From contig JAQFVV010000002.1 in NCBI GenBank assembly GCA_028023455.1, positions 32,674,001-32,738,000 of the forward strand: DNA of 64,000 nt, written 5' to 3'. The notes beneath the pieces are model-generated. The model had not been told where the DNA came from. It made no database searches and saw only the letters and a program-made list of their open reading frames with translations. Source of the stretch: Epiperipatus broadwayi. Lineage: Eukaryota > Animalia > Onychophora. Position numbers and translations under genes: made by a program. Position 1 is the stretch's first letter, and each line of letters opens with the position of its first letter. Shown piece by piece: positions 12,079 through 24,100 of this stretch.

Positions 12079-12725
12079 AATTACTAACCTGTGTTGTCTA
12101 TTTGTGTTATTACTAATAAGTTGTTTGTATTTGGAAAGTTTAAATAAAGTTAAAAATTTTCTATACATTCAACATTCACTCATAAATGATGGAAATCATT
12201 CAATATATCACATCTTATAATATACCATCATTACAAATCACCAATAAATGTTTTTTTTCCCCATTTACAAATGTGTATACTGTATTAACAAGCCGGTATG
12301 TTATTAATGTAATGCAGGGAGGGTGAGTGACAAGAGTTACTATAATATTATAATTTATAAACAAAATTAAAAATAAATTTAAAAACAAAACATTAATATT
12401 ACAGTAATTTAATTAAATAAAATGAAATTTAAAAAAAGGATAAAAAAACTAAATTATTATTTTATGTTATTCAATTACTAGATGAAGATTCTATTCAGTT
12501 AGCACAAAAATTCAAGTTGCAATACATAATATATATGACTGCTGTAAACAGAATTGAGTTTCCAAAAAGAAAATTGTACTCTGCATAATTTTGGAGTTCT
12601 GATGTTTTATGTGTATGCCCAAATAAATTGCATGCATGATTTACAAGAAGTTCTATTATGGTAACTCACTGTTAAGAAAATCGCTATTACAACAAGAAAG
12701 TTATAAGACAAAATGTGAATAATAG

Positions 12726-12830
12726 TCAACCTTTGGTAGCTGAGAGGTCAGCGCAGCTGCCTTGCAAGCAGTTGCTTGCAGACAGTTGTGGCGGGTTCGC
12801 TTCCCGGCCGATGCTTTGACATATGGAAAT
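12726..12830 (+). mobile_element. tRNA-Gly-derived SINE
   Basis: Same family as 1831; B-box-like GGTTCGCTTCCC. Confidence 0.8.
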
Positions 12831-12984
12831 GGGAATAATATTGCAAAGTAATATATCATTTAATCAGATGGGCAGATAAAATTATATTGTAGCAAGCAGG
12901 ATATGTTTAATATGCTTGGAATTCGTTACAATATGTAGTATGAAGATATCTAAAGGGATTATTAGATACTAATGACAAAAGGCA

Positions 12985-13085
12985 TTTGGCTTTATTGTTC
13001 ACATGTTCATAATAAGTTCATGTCAGAATTGATCCTGGGATCTTCCGATCCCATGACGGATGCTCTACCCACCACACCAAACCAT
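12985..13085 (-). mobile_element. SINE-F copy with tRNA-like head
   Basis: Minus strand GGTAGAGC..TGGGATCGGAAGATCCCAGGATCAATTC followed by the family body. Confidence 0.55.
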
Positions 13086-14057
13086 GCAGACGATAAGTCT
13101 TTTAATTGAGTACTTATCTCTGTTTAATACAGGATATCAGAATTTCTAAGAGAACTCTTGCCTGGAACAAGGTCATGTGACAAGCATGACAAATTTTTAG
13201 CCCATTCCTATTGTATTTTTTCCCTCAACCAAATTTCTTTATCCATCCTCCCATATTTCATGAAGTACCTCAATATTTAATGTTTTTATACTTCATCAGT
13301 AAAAGTATCCTACTTTTTTTATCCTTCATTCTACGCTTTTTTATTGCCTAATAATGCCTGAGAGGTGAGATGTCCAGGAATAAAATTGGCTCAAGAAAAT
13401 ATCTAGAAACCTTTGGAAGACATCGATGGTTTTAATTGAGAAAAGATAGCATCATTATTCTGATAATTTCAGTCAGTTAGTACTTATTCTGCAACAATCT
13501 AATAATGTGTAAAGAATGATTTGTTATATGATTGATGATTGTCCACTACAGTGACACCTGGGTAGAGATTTTGTAATTACCTGAAAGAGAACTGTATCTA
13601 CCATTAATGATTGTGGATTCAATAGTTATCAGTATCTAAATAAAATTGTAGTTCGTCATGGTATGATATCGTTTTTGCTGCTGTGTTGGAGTTCTATCAC
13701 TGTGGAAAGTGAGAACATTTTTGTAAAGCATTGGATATCATTACTATGTGTCCAAAATGTGCTATTACACATCTTATTAGCATGATTTTAAATCCTTCTA
13801 AAATAGACATGTTAATTCTATAGACAGCATAGGGAATTAGAACCATTCTCAGATAGCACCACATCTCAAATCTATCCTTTTTTCATCTGATTTTTTTTGT
13901 GTGTCTAAATTTCAGTTACATGAGTATCATTTGAAATATTTTGGTCTTTTTATATTTAAGACATTTTTGTCTTTGGGTTTTTGCTATCATAATTCTATGT
14001 ATTTCCTGTTCTCATTGATCATTATTGACTATGATGGAGTTCAAGTATTCAAATTAA

Positions 14058-14164
14058 TTTTTTTTCCTCATGTGTCATAGCATCAGCCGGGAAGCGAACC
14101 CACTATCCCGGGATAACTGCTTGTAAAGCAGCTGTCAATGACCTTTCAACTACCAATGCTTGAC
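14058..14164 (-). mobile_element. tRNA-Gly-derived SINE
   Basis: Reverse complement of the 1831 family. Confidence 0.8.
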
Positions 14165-14299
14165 TATTCAAATTAATTTATCACTTCAAAACCTGTGACA
14201 CTTCTAATTTGAAGGAATTGTTATTGATCTATAATCATAATGTTAGTTTTTAAGATAAAATATTCAAGACCATCTGTTTTTTTTTGGTATTTATGATAT

Positions 14300-14760
14300 T
14301 TATTAACTTTTCATCAGCAGCAAGGATCAAAATGTCATCAAAAATATGTGTTTCTCTCTTCTACTGCTATTCAACCCCTCTTTAAAAATATTGTGAGTGA
14401 GAATCTCATTACAGATATTAAAAAGACAGGGATAGATTACATCTTTGCCTAACATCCATCTGTTTCTGTTAGTAAAAACTTTATTTCGATTTTCACAGAA
14501 TTAAATTCACAAAGATTTCAGATGAATTGTACCATATTCAAAGATGTCTCCAAGTGCAAGAATATCGCCCACAGCTTTCATCATTTTATTTTGGAAAAAG
14601 CTTTTTTGTAGTTCATAAAATATCTGTATTTCAAAGTTATATTCCCTAGCTCTTTCAATCATTCGATAAATTTTAAGTATCTGAAGGTTTGTGCTTTTTC
14701 TAGGGCATAAAACGTGCCTGCTCATCAGATACTTTTGGAAGAATGAATGCCTTTGGATAT
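14300..14760 (-). pseudogene. Decayed non-LTR (RTE-like) reverse transcriptase fragment
   Basis: RKSTNLQILKIYRMIERAREYN..ELQKSF, DVRQRCNLS and TYFDDIL correspond to GFR..RST, GVRQG and YADD. Confidence 0.7.
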
Positions 14761-14774
14761 CAATAATTACTAGA

Positions 14775-14900
14775 AATGAATAATCAAATAGATTTATTGT
14801 TTGAAAGCTTTATGAAGTTTGGGCAATGGAAATGGCAGAACTGGAATTGAGCCATAGACCTTAAGGTCCACAGTCTGATACCCTATCATTGTATTAAATC
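14775..14900 (-). mobile_element. SINE-F copy
   Basis: B-box-like GGCTCAATTCC and family 3' end AAACAATAAATCTATTTGATTATT. Confidence 0.5.
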
Positions 14901-15177
14901 ATGAAGAGCAATAATTATGTTGTTAATAGTATCAGAAAATAATTATGTTGAGCATCATTGTAATATTTACATGTGGTATTAACGTTATTGTCCTGTGATA
15001 GTTACAGTTAGGTGGATTGCATAAAAGAAGATAAGATTGGATTACACTAATCTCTTAGTGATGTTTTAATTCTTCAGATTTTCTGATGAAATTAATCATT
15101 ATGATCTGGTCTCATATCATTAATGGTTTTAGCTAGTAATTAATCTATAGGAATAGATAAAATTGTCTACGTCTGAT

Positions 15178-15353
15178 TGAAAAATATCTGGTTCTAGATT
15201 ATTTTCTTCAATTGCTTTTTATACATATATGGTCAGCTGAAAAACATCTGGTTCTAGATTATTTTCTTCAATTGCTTTTTATACATATATGGTCAGCTGA
15301 AAAACATCTGGTTCTAGATTATTTTCTTCAATTGCTTTTTATACATATATGGT
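15178..15353. repeat. Near-perfect tandem repeat, 60-bp unit x ~3
   Basis: Three successive 60-nt lines are almost identical. Confidence 0.97.
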
Positions 15354-15619
15354 TGGCATAAGTCGTAGTAAAAATTTCAACCTTTTTATTTAATATTACC
15401 ACAATAATTTCATTTGCTTTTGAATCTGTATTTACACGAGAGGTATCGTGTTTTTCTGTATTATTCAAATGATTAGTTGTTATTAGTGTCTTGCCGTAAT
15501 TACTGAAATTTTTTTTATTTTGAAATAATTCTTACCTTTTAACAAACATGTTTAAATTAAGACTTCCGATAGTTGGTGTTAATGTTTTTAAGGCATTATT
15601 TAGTTTGTATTGATCCTAA

Positions 15620-16550
15620 CTGATTCTAAGATTAATTTTTTAACATCAGTCCATCCTTTTTCACAGTCTTGATCAGTAATATGCAAATTTCGTTGTTGAA
15701 AGTTATCCCAGAAATCTGGTATCTTATTTTTTGTAGTTTTTATTTATGCAACTTAGTTTAATTTTTAATTCTATTTGAGTCAGTAATAAGGGCCATATTC
15801 GGCACTATCATAATCACCACTGTTTTAAACTAAAACTAATTTTTTAGATTTTCGTAAATACTATTGGATGTTATCCAAGTAAAGAATTAGTGGGGGGTGG
15901 TGTTAAAATGTTATACTAATTTTAGTAGCGAATTCCATTTCTCTTGCCATGTCCGTATTTCCCCACATTCTTTAGATGATTATTTACCCTGTATCTCTCA
16001 CTTTAACATTGAAATCTCTCATTACAGTGATTATTTTCTTTTGATTTGAAGATCTTGATCATGATTTCAAGTTCGGAATAAATTTCTTCAGTTTTATGAT
16101 CTATATATGTTGACAAGTAAACCTAATTCATAGAAATCTAAGCTATTTTGTTGATAGATAATATTTGATTATTCCTTAGATGATAGGCCTCAACAAAACT
16201 CACACCATTCCCTTTTATCCTTTTGAAAACCTATCTGAAAAATAGATCATATGATTAGTTGACATGACAAGCCCACTTTCTGGTCAATAACTCTGATATT
16301 CCACAAAAAGAATATTTTATGCAATTGGTGTTTGTCCAGTAAGATAGAGTTTTTTTGTTTGTAATATCCAGGTTGAATTTTATTTGCCCATCAAGAACCT
16401 CTCTCAGTTGTAGATATTTTTATAATTTCTGCCACTAGCAAATTTATCAAGTGGGTCCTGGTTTTCTACCCCTGCATGCCCAGTCATTAATTGCATTTCA
16501 ACTGATCTGAACTAGGATTTCCACTGGTTATTGTATGGTGTATTTGGTGT
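15620..16550 (-). pseudogene. Heavily decayed LINE RT remnant
   Basis: Frameshifted remnants resembling AIN..RK.PGPD (~16470) and FLGITFN (~15700). Confidence 0.4.
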
Positions 16551-18207
16551 CACATTCACTGAAAGATTGATAATTTAAAGAAAAAAAATGCATTAAAAAA
16601 TACATTAAAAAATGATGAAGGGGTGTGCTTCATTTACTGTACATTCTTACAAGATACAGACAAATTTGGTAGAAGATGGAGAAAATTTTATCTGTAACAC
16701 CTAAGATTTATTGGGATGATTTCAGGTGTTTTAATTCTGAATGTAAACAAATATGTAATATGATACAGTACTTCAGAATAAGACTCATGCACCTATTGCA
16801 ATCTGATGATGGAATGCTCAAAGGCCACCCTGAGGCTGAGATTCTTATCACACCCATGTTGATCTAAGGTCAATCTGACCCCTCATGTACAGGACATAAT
16901 CCATTTAATACATATACAAGGGATGGGCAGACATCTCTACTATGTAATAACTGAAACACACAGGCTTATTATATACCTGTGTCCATATATGTAATATATA
17001 GGGTATATGAGCACAGACTTTCACATGACCCACCACTCTCCTCACTATCTCATAACACTGATACACTTGAACACATATATGTTGAAAAGATAAATAATCA
17101 CCAATAATATGTTATATTTGTAATTTTTCTTAAATTTTGTAGTACTGTTGTAATTAAATGTTAATGTTATTTTTAAAGTTAACAAAGTGTTGAGATTCTC
17201 TTTTTTTATTTTCCAAGCCATTATTCATCATTCTAACCATATATATATTGTAATAATTAAAGATATTTGGTATATTTGCTCATAATCTAAATAAATCATT
17301 TTTTTTTATAGCGCGATGTTTATAAACTGTAATATTTAACACAGCATTACGCTGTTGCACATGCGCTTTGAAGATTTTAACTATAAATGAATGATAAGAA
17401 AAAATATTGTAATTGTTAAAGATATTTGATATTGAATCAGAAATATTCAGTAATTAATATATATTAAGGCTATAATCTTAAGACTATATGCCTAAAATGC
17501 GACAGTAGGGACTTCTACAAATCTAAACACAAGATTAACAACTTTAAAAGACAAGAGTGGCCATTCTTATCTTAGACCTAATTTCTAAATATATAGGTGA
17601 ATCTAAAGCATTTTGATTTGAGAGTGTGAAGCTATTAACTACTTCACTGATTAAGTCCACAATTTCTATACAAACTAACATATGCGAAATCTTTCGATTT
17701 ACAATGAGTCAATATGAAGTTCTTATAATTAGAAATCTTTTAGAACAATTTAAACTTGTAATAAATAATTTGTCAAGCGCATACTCATTACGTAAGTAAT
17801 ATGTAAATTCTCTTTATCTTATTTGAGGATTGTAAAGAAGACTGATAACTAATATGACATATAAAAACAAAATGATTAGATTATAATACACGATGATAAG
17901 AAATTATTTTAAATTTGTTACGTTAGTTAATAATGATCCATATTAGTTAACAATTTTTAATTTAGTTTTAGTCAAATTTTATAAGAAAAATAGTTAATGA
18001 TTTTGAAAGATAAGAATTGATGACTACTTGTTTATTAAGTATTTTTAAGTGTAACTAAATGTAAGCAAAATTCCTCTTTACATTTGGCATTTGGTTACGT
18101 AAATTTATTTATTTTAAGAAGCAATAATAATTACCTGGGATGTTGATTATGTTATGAAATGTTAGTGAAGGAGTGATATAATTATTTTATTAGATAAATG
18201 AATATAA

Positions 18208-18287
18208 AAGCAGGCAAACCTCTCCGTACAGTAGTAATACTTAGTGCAAGCATAAGAAATGGTGATCATGTGATGTTTAGCGGTTTA
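18208..18287 (+). mobile_element. HH-A retrocopy (inverted stub + tail), 14-bp TSD
   Basis: ATAAATGAATATAA at 18194-18207 and 18288-18301. Confidence 0.8.
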
Positions 18288-18946
18288 ATAAATGAATATA
18301 ATATGCTGTTCTAGTTAAATTAATTGAAGAGATTTTAATGTTTATTGTAATTTGTTTATTTTAATTGCGAGTGATGGGAGTATCATCATTATTTTAGTGG
18401 AGTAGTATTTCATAATATTCCTATACTTTTTAGTATATGCTTGATGTTTAAAAAGGGATACTTTACTAGTTGATTAAATAGCAAGCCTCATGATTATAGT
18501 TATTTTATTATTACATAATTTTTTAAGATTGATATAACATATTAGACATGAAATGAGTAATATTTGTATTGTAGAAATTTCATGTATAAGAAAGAAATTG
18601 AACTTGCCTGAGCTAGGAGTTAGTTGTTTTTACATCCACCTTATCATAGTAGTGGGTGGTTGTCCAGGCAGGGTACTGATTATATATATAAGAAATACAT
18701 CATTTTCCAGCATTATATATAATTGCCGGGCTTAACTACTGAACAAAATATTATTAATAAACATATTTTGGCATCCGTTTACTTAATAGATGGCTGAATC
18801 ATTTAGTAAATAATGAAATGCTCACATGTCTATCGACAGTGATTGGTTCATTAGCCGAGATCAGAAATTAAATAAATTATGTAAACTTAAGCATTAAAAT
18901 AAGCATAATGAATTAGAATGTCAAACAGATTCATGTTACCCGTTTT

Positions 18947-19009
18947 TAAAACAGGCAAAACTGACTAATACACAAGCATAAGAGGAGGTGGTCATGTGAT
19001 GTTTATTGT
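18947..19009 (+). mobile_element. HH-A retrocopy (inverted stub + tail), 11-bp TSD
   Basis: TTACCCGTTTT at 18936-18946 and 19010-19020. Confidence 0.75.
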
Positions 19010-19779
19010 TTACCCGTTTTGTTAATATATAAAAAAACCTCCAATTTGGGAGAGATTTTTTTTATTCTCTCACATGATAAATGTATTATTTGATATTAAA
19101 ATTATATATATAAGGGTATCATGTTATAAATTAAGTTTTTTATAAAAATATAAAATTTTCAGAATAATCATCAAAACTTTTGATAGTTACTCCATTATAA
19201 TGTGAAAGAAACTTCTTAGCTATTCCAAGAAAACTTCGTTTGATAAATACTCACTTTTCAGATATTAGTTTTAGATTAAATTATTCATTAAAATTATTAA
19301 AGTAAAAAGTAAAAGTACTGTCTTTCCTCATTACCTTTCTTTGAGTTTGTAAAAAAAATTTCTAAAAAAAGCCATATAATTCAATGACAGTTTATAATAT
19401 TAATACCAAATAGTAGGAATTCTTTGCAAGTTTATTTAAATGATTCTTGGATCTCTATTTTTATTTTTGTCACATAATGTCAAGAATACTATGAAAGTTC
19501 AAAAAAATTTAATTTTTTATTTTTTAGTATATTTATGTGAACAAAAGTACATTTTTTAAATTTCACTTTTTAATTTTATAAAGACATGGAAATTAGGAAA
19601 GAAAAAAGTTTAGATACAATTTACTTCTGTTAGATGGGAGTATTATAAAAAGTAGTGAATTCTATATAAAATTTTAAATTTTTCACTAATTTTTTGCTAA
19701 AATTATTTGCAAACCTTAAAATAACATACTGGCATTGGGAAATGGGTGGAAATTGAGACGCAAGATTTTCCGGATACCC

Positions 19780-20400
19780 AAAAAGCAGACTATATTAAAT
19801 AAAAGCATATAAAAACAGCTCAATGATTATCCTATTCACTATATAAATTTTTTTAACCTGATGAATAGAATGGCTGTGGTATAAGAAAATGGGTATTATT
19901 TGCGAGGTTGTTTAAATGGTTTTTACTCATCTTTTATTTCTGGTCACTATATTACTAAAAACAAAAATGCAATGTACAAAATTATTTAAATAAACTTATA
20001 AATAATTCCCAGTTTCTTGTATCAATGCTGATCTGTTTATGAGAGAAAATCTGACTTAATAGATTGGTGTTAATAAAGAAAGTATGAATTATTTGCCTTA
20101 AATGGTTCTCAGCCTACCAAAAATAAAAATGTAGCATAAAAAATTATTTAAATAGACTTGCAAAGGATGCTTGTTTTCTTGTCAAAAAATCTGATGAATA
20201 GATGGCCGTTGATATAGAAAAAGCAGGTGTTATTTCCAAGTTATTTAAATTAACTTCTGTTGCTTTTATTTTTGGCCGCATATTCTAAGAATATTATGAA
20301 TGCTGGGAAAGAAATAATTTTTTTTTTACTTTTTTAATGCTTTTTATATGAATAAATGTTTCTTTAAAAAAATTTTATTACGACATGAATAATTTATTTT
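19780..20400. repeat. Old degenerate direct duplication, period ~335 bp
   Basis: CTGATGAATAGA.TGGC.GT...ATA.GAAAA at ~19858 and ~20192 with colinear downstream sequence. Confidence 0.55.
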
Positions 20401-22545
20401 TTGAGCAATCTCTCTTTTAAATGCACTATTATTTTTAGTACAGTAATACACTATATAAAACAAAGTGAACATTTAGTTACTCAGGAGCTCAATTGACAGG
20501 TTACGCTTCTCGTCAGGAACCTTTGGCTCTCTTACTACACTTCCACAGTGATTAATTTCTGCTTTTTTATTTTCTTTATAATATTGGTATATCTGATTGT
20601 CTTCTTTTTGAGGAATTCTAATACAATATTTTGGTTAAGACTTGATAAGAGCATTTGGAAGCCTTCTCTCCAAATAGAGCAGATTTCTAAAAGCACGTAG
20701 ATTTTGTTTTTCATGATATACCCTGCAACTTGAATCTTTTACTTATGAGCCCAATACGCTCACTGCTAAATCATATTGGCAAAGGCAAGACTTTGCTTTT
20801 AAAGATTGTCTTTATATATTGCAGTGAATAGAAAGGATTCCATCATGCAATAAAAATAGTATATCTCTCTGCCATGCTTATAATCTGGGTTCAAATCTGG
20901 ACTCAAAAAAAATTTTTAATTTCTAATTCAGGCTTAGGATTTAAGTAGACACCCTGCAACAACTCAGCCAAATGAGTATGTAGTTTTTTTTTTAGCTAGA
21001 GGATGAAATAATTAAACATTCAAACCCTTACTGCCCAGTGGTTTGCATGTTTTGTGTTTTATACCTTCATCACTGTTACCTATGAGGAACTATGGAAAAA
21101 ACTCTCATCTTGTAATGAGCTTTTTTCAATTAATTATTGTAGTGTTAACTTTATTCAAGGTGACACTAATTAGTAATTAGTTATTCTTTCAATCATCACC
21201 TTAGAAATTGAACAAATTGCTTTATCTTGCACATCACTTGAAAATATTCTCGAGACACGTGACTTTACTGTTTATACACACTTTGATTCAAATTAAAACT
21301 TCATGTTAGCAAGTTATTCTCTGATGGGTTTAAATATGAAGCACATTGTCATATTGTGGTGAATAGCTGAATTATATCTCTATGTAGCCCATGTACTGAT
21401 TCGGAGATGGCGCTGTAGGCAGTTTGGAGAGAGAACCAGTCCCCTTTTCATTGAAACACTGTGTACAATACAGTATTATATATAATCAAAAATATATTGA
21501 ACAGCTAAATTTTTATTTTTTAAAAGCAGTAAGCAGTAGAAAGAAAACTTTTTTGAGATTATAGCTTTTAGTGTCTCTCTCTTTTAATAGATAGCTAATG
21601 TGTCAAGTAATTTCTTCTGTATAATATATCAGCTGGAGAATATCTTTCAATGCAGGCTAATTCAATTTCTAAATCTGATAATGGGTTGTTATTTTTCGCC
21701 AATATTAATCATTTCTCGTGAAACTGAAAGCGTATATCTATACAGAAAATGATGTGTATGTTTAAATGCATATACAGATATATATATATAATTGTAAAAA
21801 CGTATAGAGAGAAAAGTAATACGTTAAAAATATAACAGAACTTGAAAAGATTTTTTCTTTTAAAGTAGAAATTAAAAATTATAGTCCTTAGATTAGAAAA
21901 AGATTAATTTCTAAAATGAACAGTCGACTAATTAAAAAGAGTAGAATAACTCGTTATTCAAATGAAACAAATTAAGCAATTCGTCTTAGATTCCCTTTTA
22001 AGATAACGATAATCTACAAATAACTGATTAATTAAAAAGGAAAAAAGATAATATTAAAATTCTGATGGAACATGGAAAGGAACAATCACCTGATCAGATG
22101 GGCACAGGACTAACTAATCATTTGAAGGGATTCAGAGTCAATGAACTGCCTTTAGTACTAATTGGAAGAAGAAGAGAGACTCTTAATTTTTGGATCTTCA
22201 TCTGTGCACACGGATATATATGTTGGAACAGATCGACCCCCATGGCCCAGTGACTTCAAATGCGGAGAGCTGACCTCCAAACATGAGAACAGTCAGCTAG
22301 GATACTTACAGGTCAGAATTTATCTATGTCTTCAGGCTTTATAATGTAAATGATTATATATATGTAAATAATTAAACACTATTAAGGATCATAAGGAAAG
22401 AATTACTTAAATATTAACTGTTAGTTTTGATTTGCACTCATGCGAATTACACTGTTAAATCAGCTACACAGCAATTGGCACAGTCACAGTTGTAATTTGG
22501 ACCATTAATTAAAAGAATGTTTAAATTTAGGTAAAAGACTAGGCA

Positions 22546-23290
22546 ATGCAAATAGCAATCAGTGAAATTGATGTCAGCAAGGCAAGGAGTTGGCCCCTGT
22601 ATGTCCAATGTATAGAAAAGTACTTATTTACTAATAAAGTTAAAGATGATATATATAAGATTGTTTCATTATTATGCTTTGCTGGAAAAGGCATTATTCA
22701 GATAGCCAACAGGTTCATCGAACCTCTAACTCCTGAAGATTGTACCTACGATCAGATTAAAGAGTGTTTGTCAAACCATTTTAACCCCCAACACTCGAGG
22801 CATGTCACTAGACTACAATTCCAAGCCAGGAACTAAGATTGGGATGAAAGTATAAAAGATTAAGATAGTGTTCTACATAATTTAGCAAAGAATTGTATCT
22901 ACAGATCTTCCTAGATGAAGCCCTCCTGGAACAATTGCTTACTTGTATGTGCAATGATAATTTATGGGAATAACTGTTGGCTATAAGCGATTTAGATAGA
23001 TTACATTGAAGCTATAAAATGTGGAATAGCTTAATAACTCGTGATTGAACAATCTCGTAAATTTTTCAAGTGCAAAAATAACAGCAAATCGCAAACAGAT
23101 GTTTGTAAAACCATAAGCAAAGATTTATTGAAAAATAATGAAATAGTGCTAACAGTGAAATTGAGTTTATATGTTTCTGCTGTGGCAAAAAGGATCACAA
23201 AACCAGCAATTGCTGTTATAAAAGTGAGCGGAATAAATGTAAGAAAAAAGGGTACTTGGAAAAAAAGTGTAAAGAGAAAAGTGATAGTTA
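22546..23290 (+). pseudogene. Gypsy gag remnant with CCHC zinc knuckle
   Basis: WPLYVQCIEKYLFTN..TYDQIKECLSNHFNPQ; CFCCGKKDHKTSNC at ~23172-23213. Confidence 0.85.
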
Positions 23291-23399
23291 TAAATGCACC
23301 CAGCAAAGCAGGAAGTCAGTATACAAAGGTGAAAAAATGTCCACTACTGATGACAAGATTATGTTACAACTAAAGCTGTGTGACCACCCCATATTTATG

Positions 23400-24100
23400 A
23401 AAATTTAGCGGAATATTATTGATGTCAGTCTGTGATTGGTATACCCTGTCTTTCAAGATTAAGAAAAGACACATTGCACAAAAGACTGGTCTAAATGTGC
23501 ATGATATAAAGGGTGAGTCCATTAGAATAAAGGGAGTTGTTCAAGTACCGATATGTGAAAGTCAGGGCAAAATTATTATACTACCCCTATACATAGTACA
23601 CGCTCCATAAAACCTATATTAGGTTGAGACTGGTTCAGAAAAATGGGGGTTAAAATATTCTCTAAAAAAATAGAGATACTCAAAGACAAAAAACCTTTCC
23701 AGAATCCAGGAGGTATCAAAAGCAGGTCTGAGAAGATCCAGAATAACCAGGAGAACAAACAAACTATAAAGACATACTAAAAGCAAGAGTAAAAAACAAA
23801 GTTGTTGCTCATTGGACAGCTGAAGACAGTGGCTATAAATGGATTATGAAGCAGATTTGTGATGGCTGGCCAAAGCAGTGCCCCACTTTCCTTCACAAAG
23901 AACTGTGGAACACCTAAGAACAACTGTTGGTACAAAAAGGCTGCATTCTGCATTATGAAAGGTGATTGTATGCTGATTCCAGTCAAGGATAAGCAGCATA
24001 CAGTCAAGTAGCTGCAGAATAGTCAATGAGACATCGGCAGAGGAAAAGTGCTAGAACTTAGTTATGTCTGGTGGCCAGATATTAGAGCAGACCTGAGGGA
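23400..24100 (+). pseudogene. Gypsy pol remnants: protease end and integrase N-terminal region; RT not seen
   Basis: GESIRIKGVVQV..PILG*DWF and SYVWWPDI motifs. Confidence 0.75.

Larger units (their letters stand above)
11677..12237. mobile_element. HH-C inverted retrocopy: two head-to-head tRNA-like heads, each followed by a hammerhead; 14-bp TSD
   Basis: Arms ~11677-11931 and 11932-12205 are reverse complements; only the + arm carries a ~30-nt tail; TCACCAATAAATGT at 11663-11676 and 12238-12251. Confidence 0.85.

Noticed and set aside
4110-15353. CRISPR-like arrays at 4110-5080 and 15178-15353
   Set aside because: Eukaryotic context, spacers are homologous or identical to each other, and no cas genes.
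16800-16840. CTGATGATGG..CAAAGGCC as a decayed hammerhead
   Set aside because: No credible stem I or II.
19855-20225. CTGATGA...GAAA at ~19858 and ~20192 as hammerheads
   Set aside because: No NUH triplet with a paired stem I or III.
20480-20525. Minus-strand CUGACGA motif as a hammerhead
   Set aside because: GAAA box missing and no stem I.
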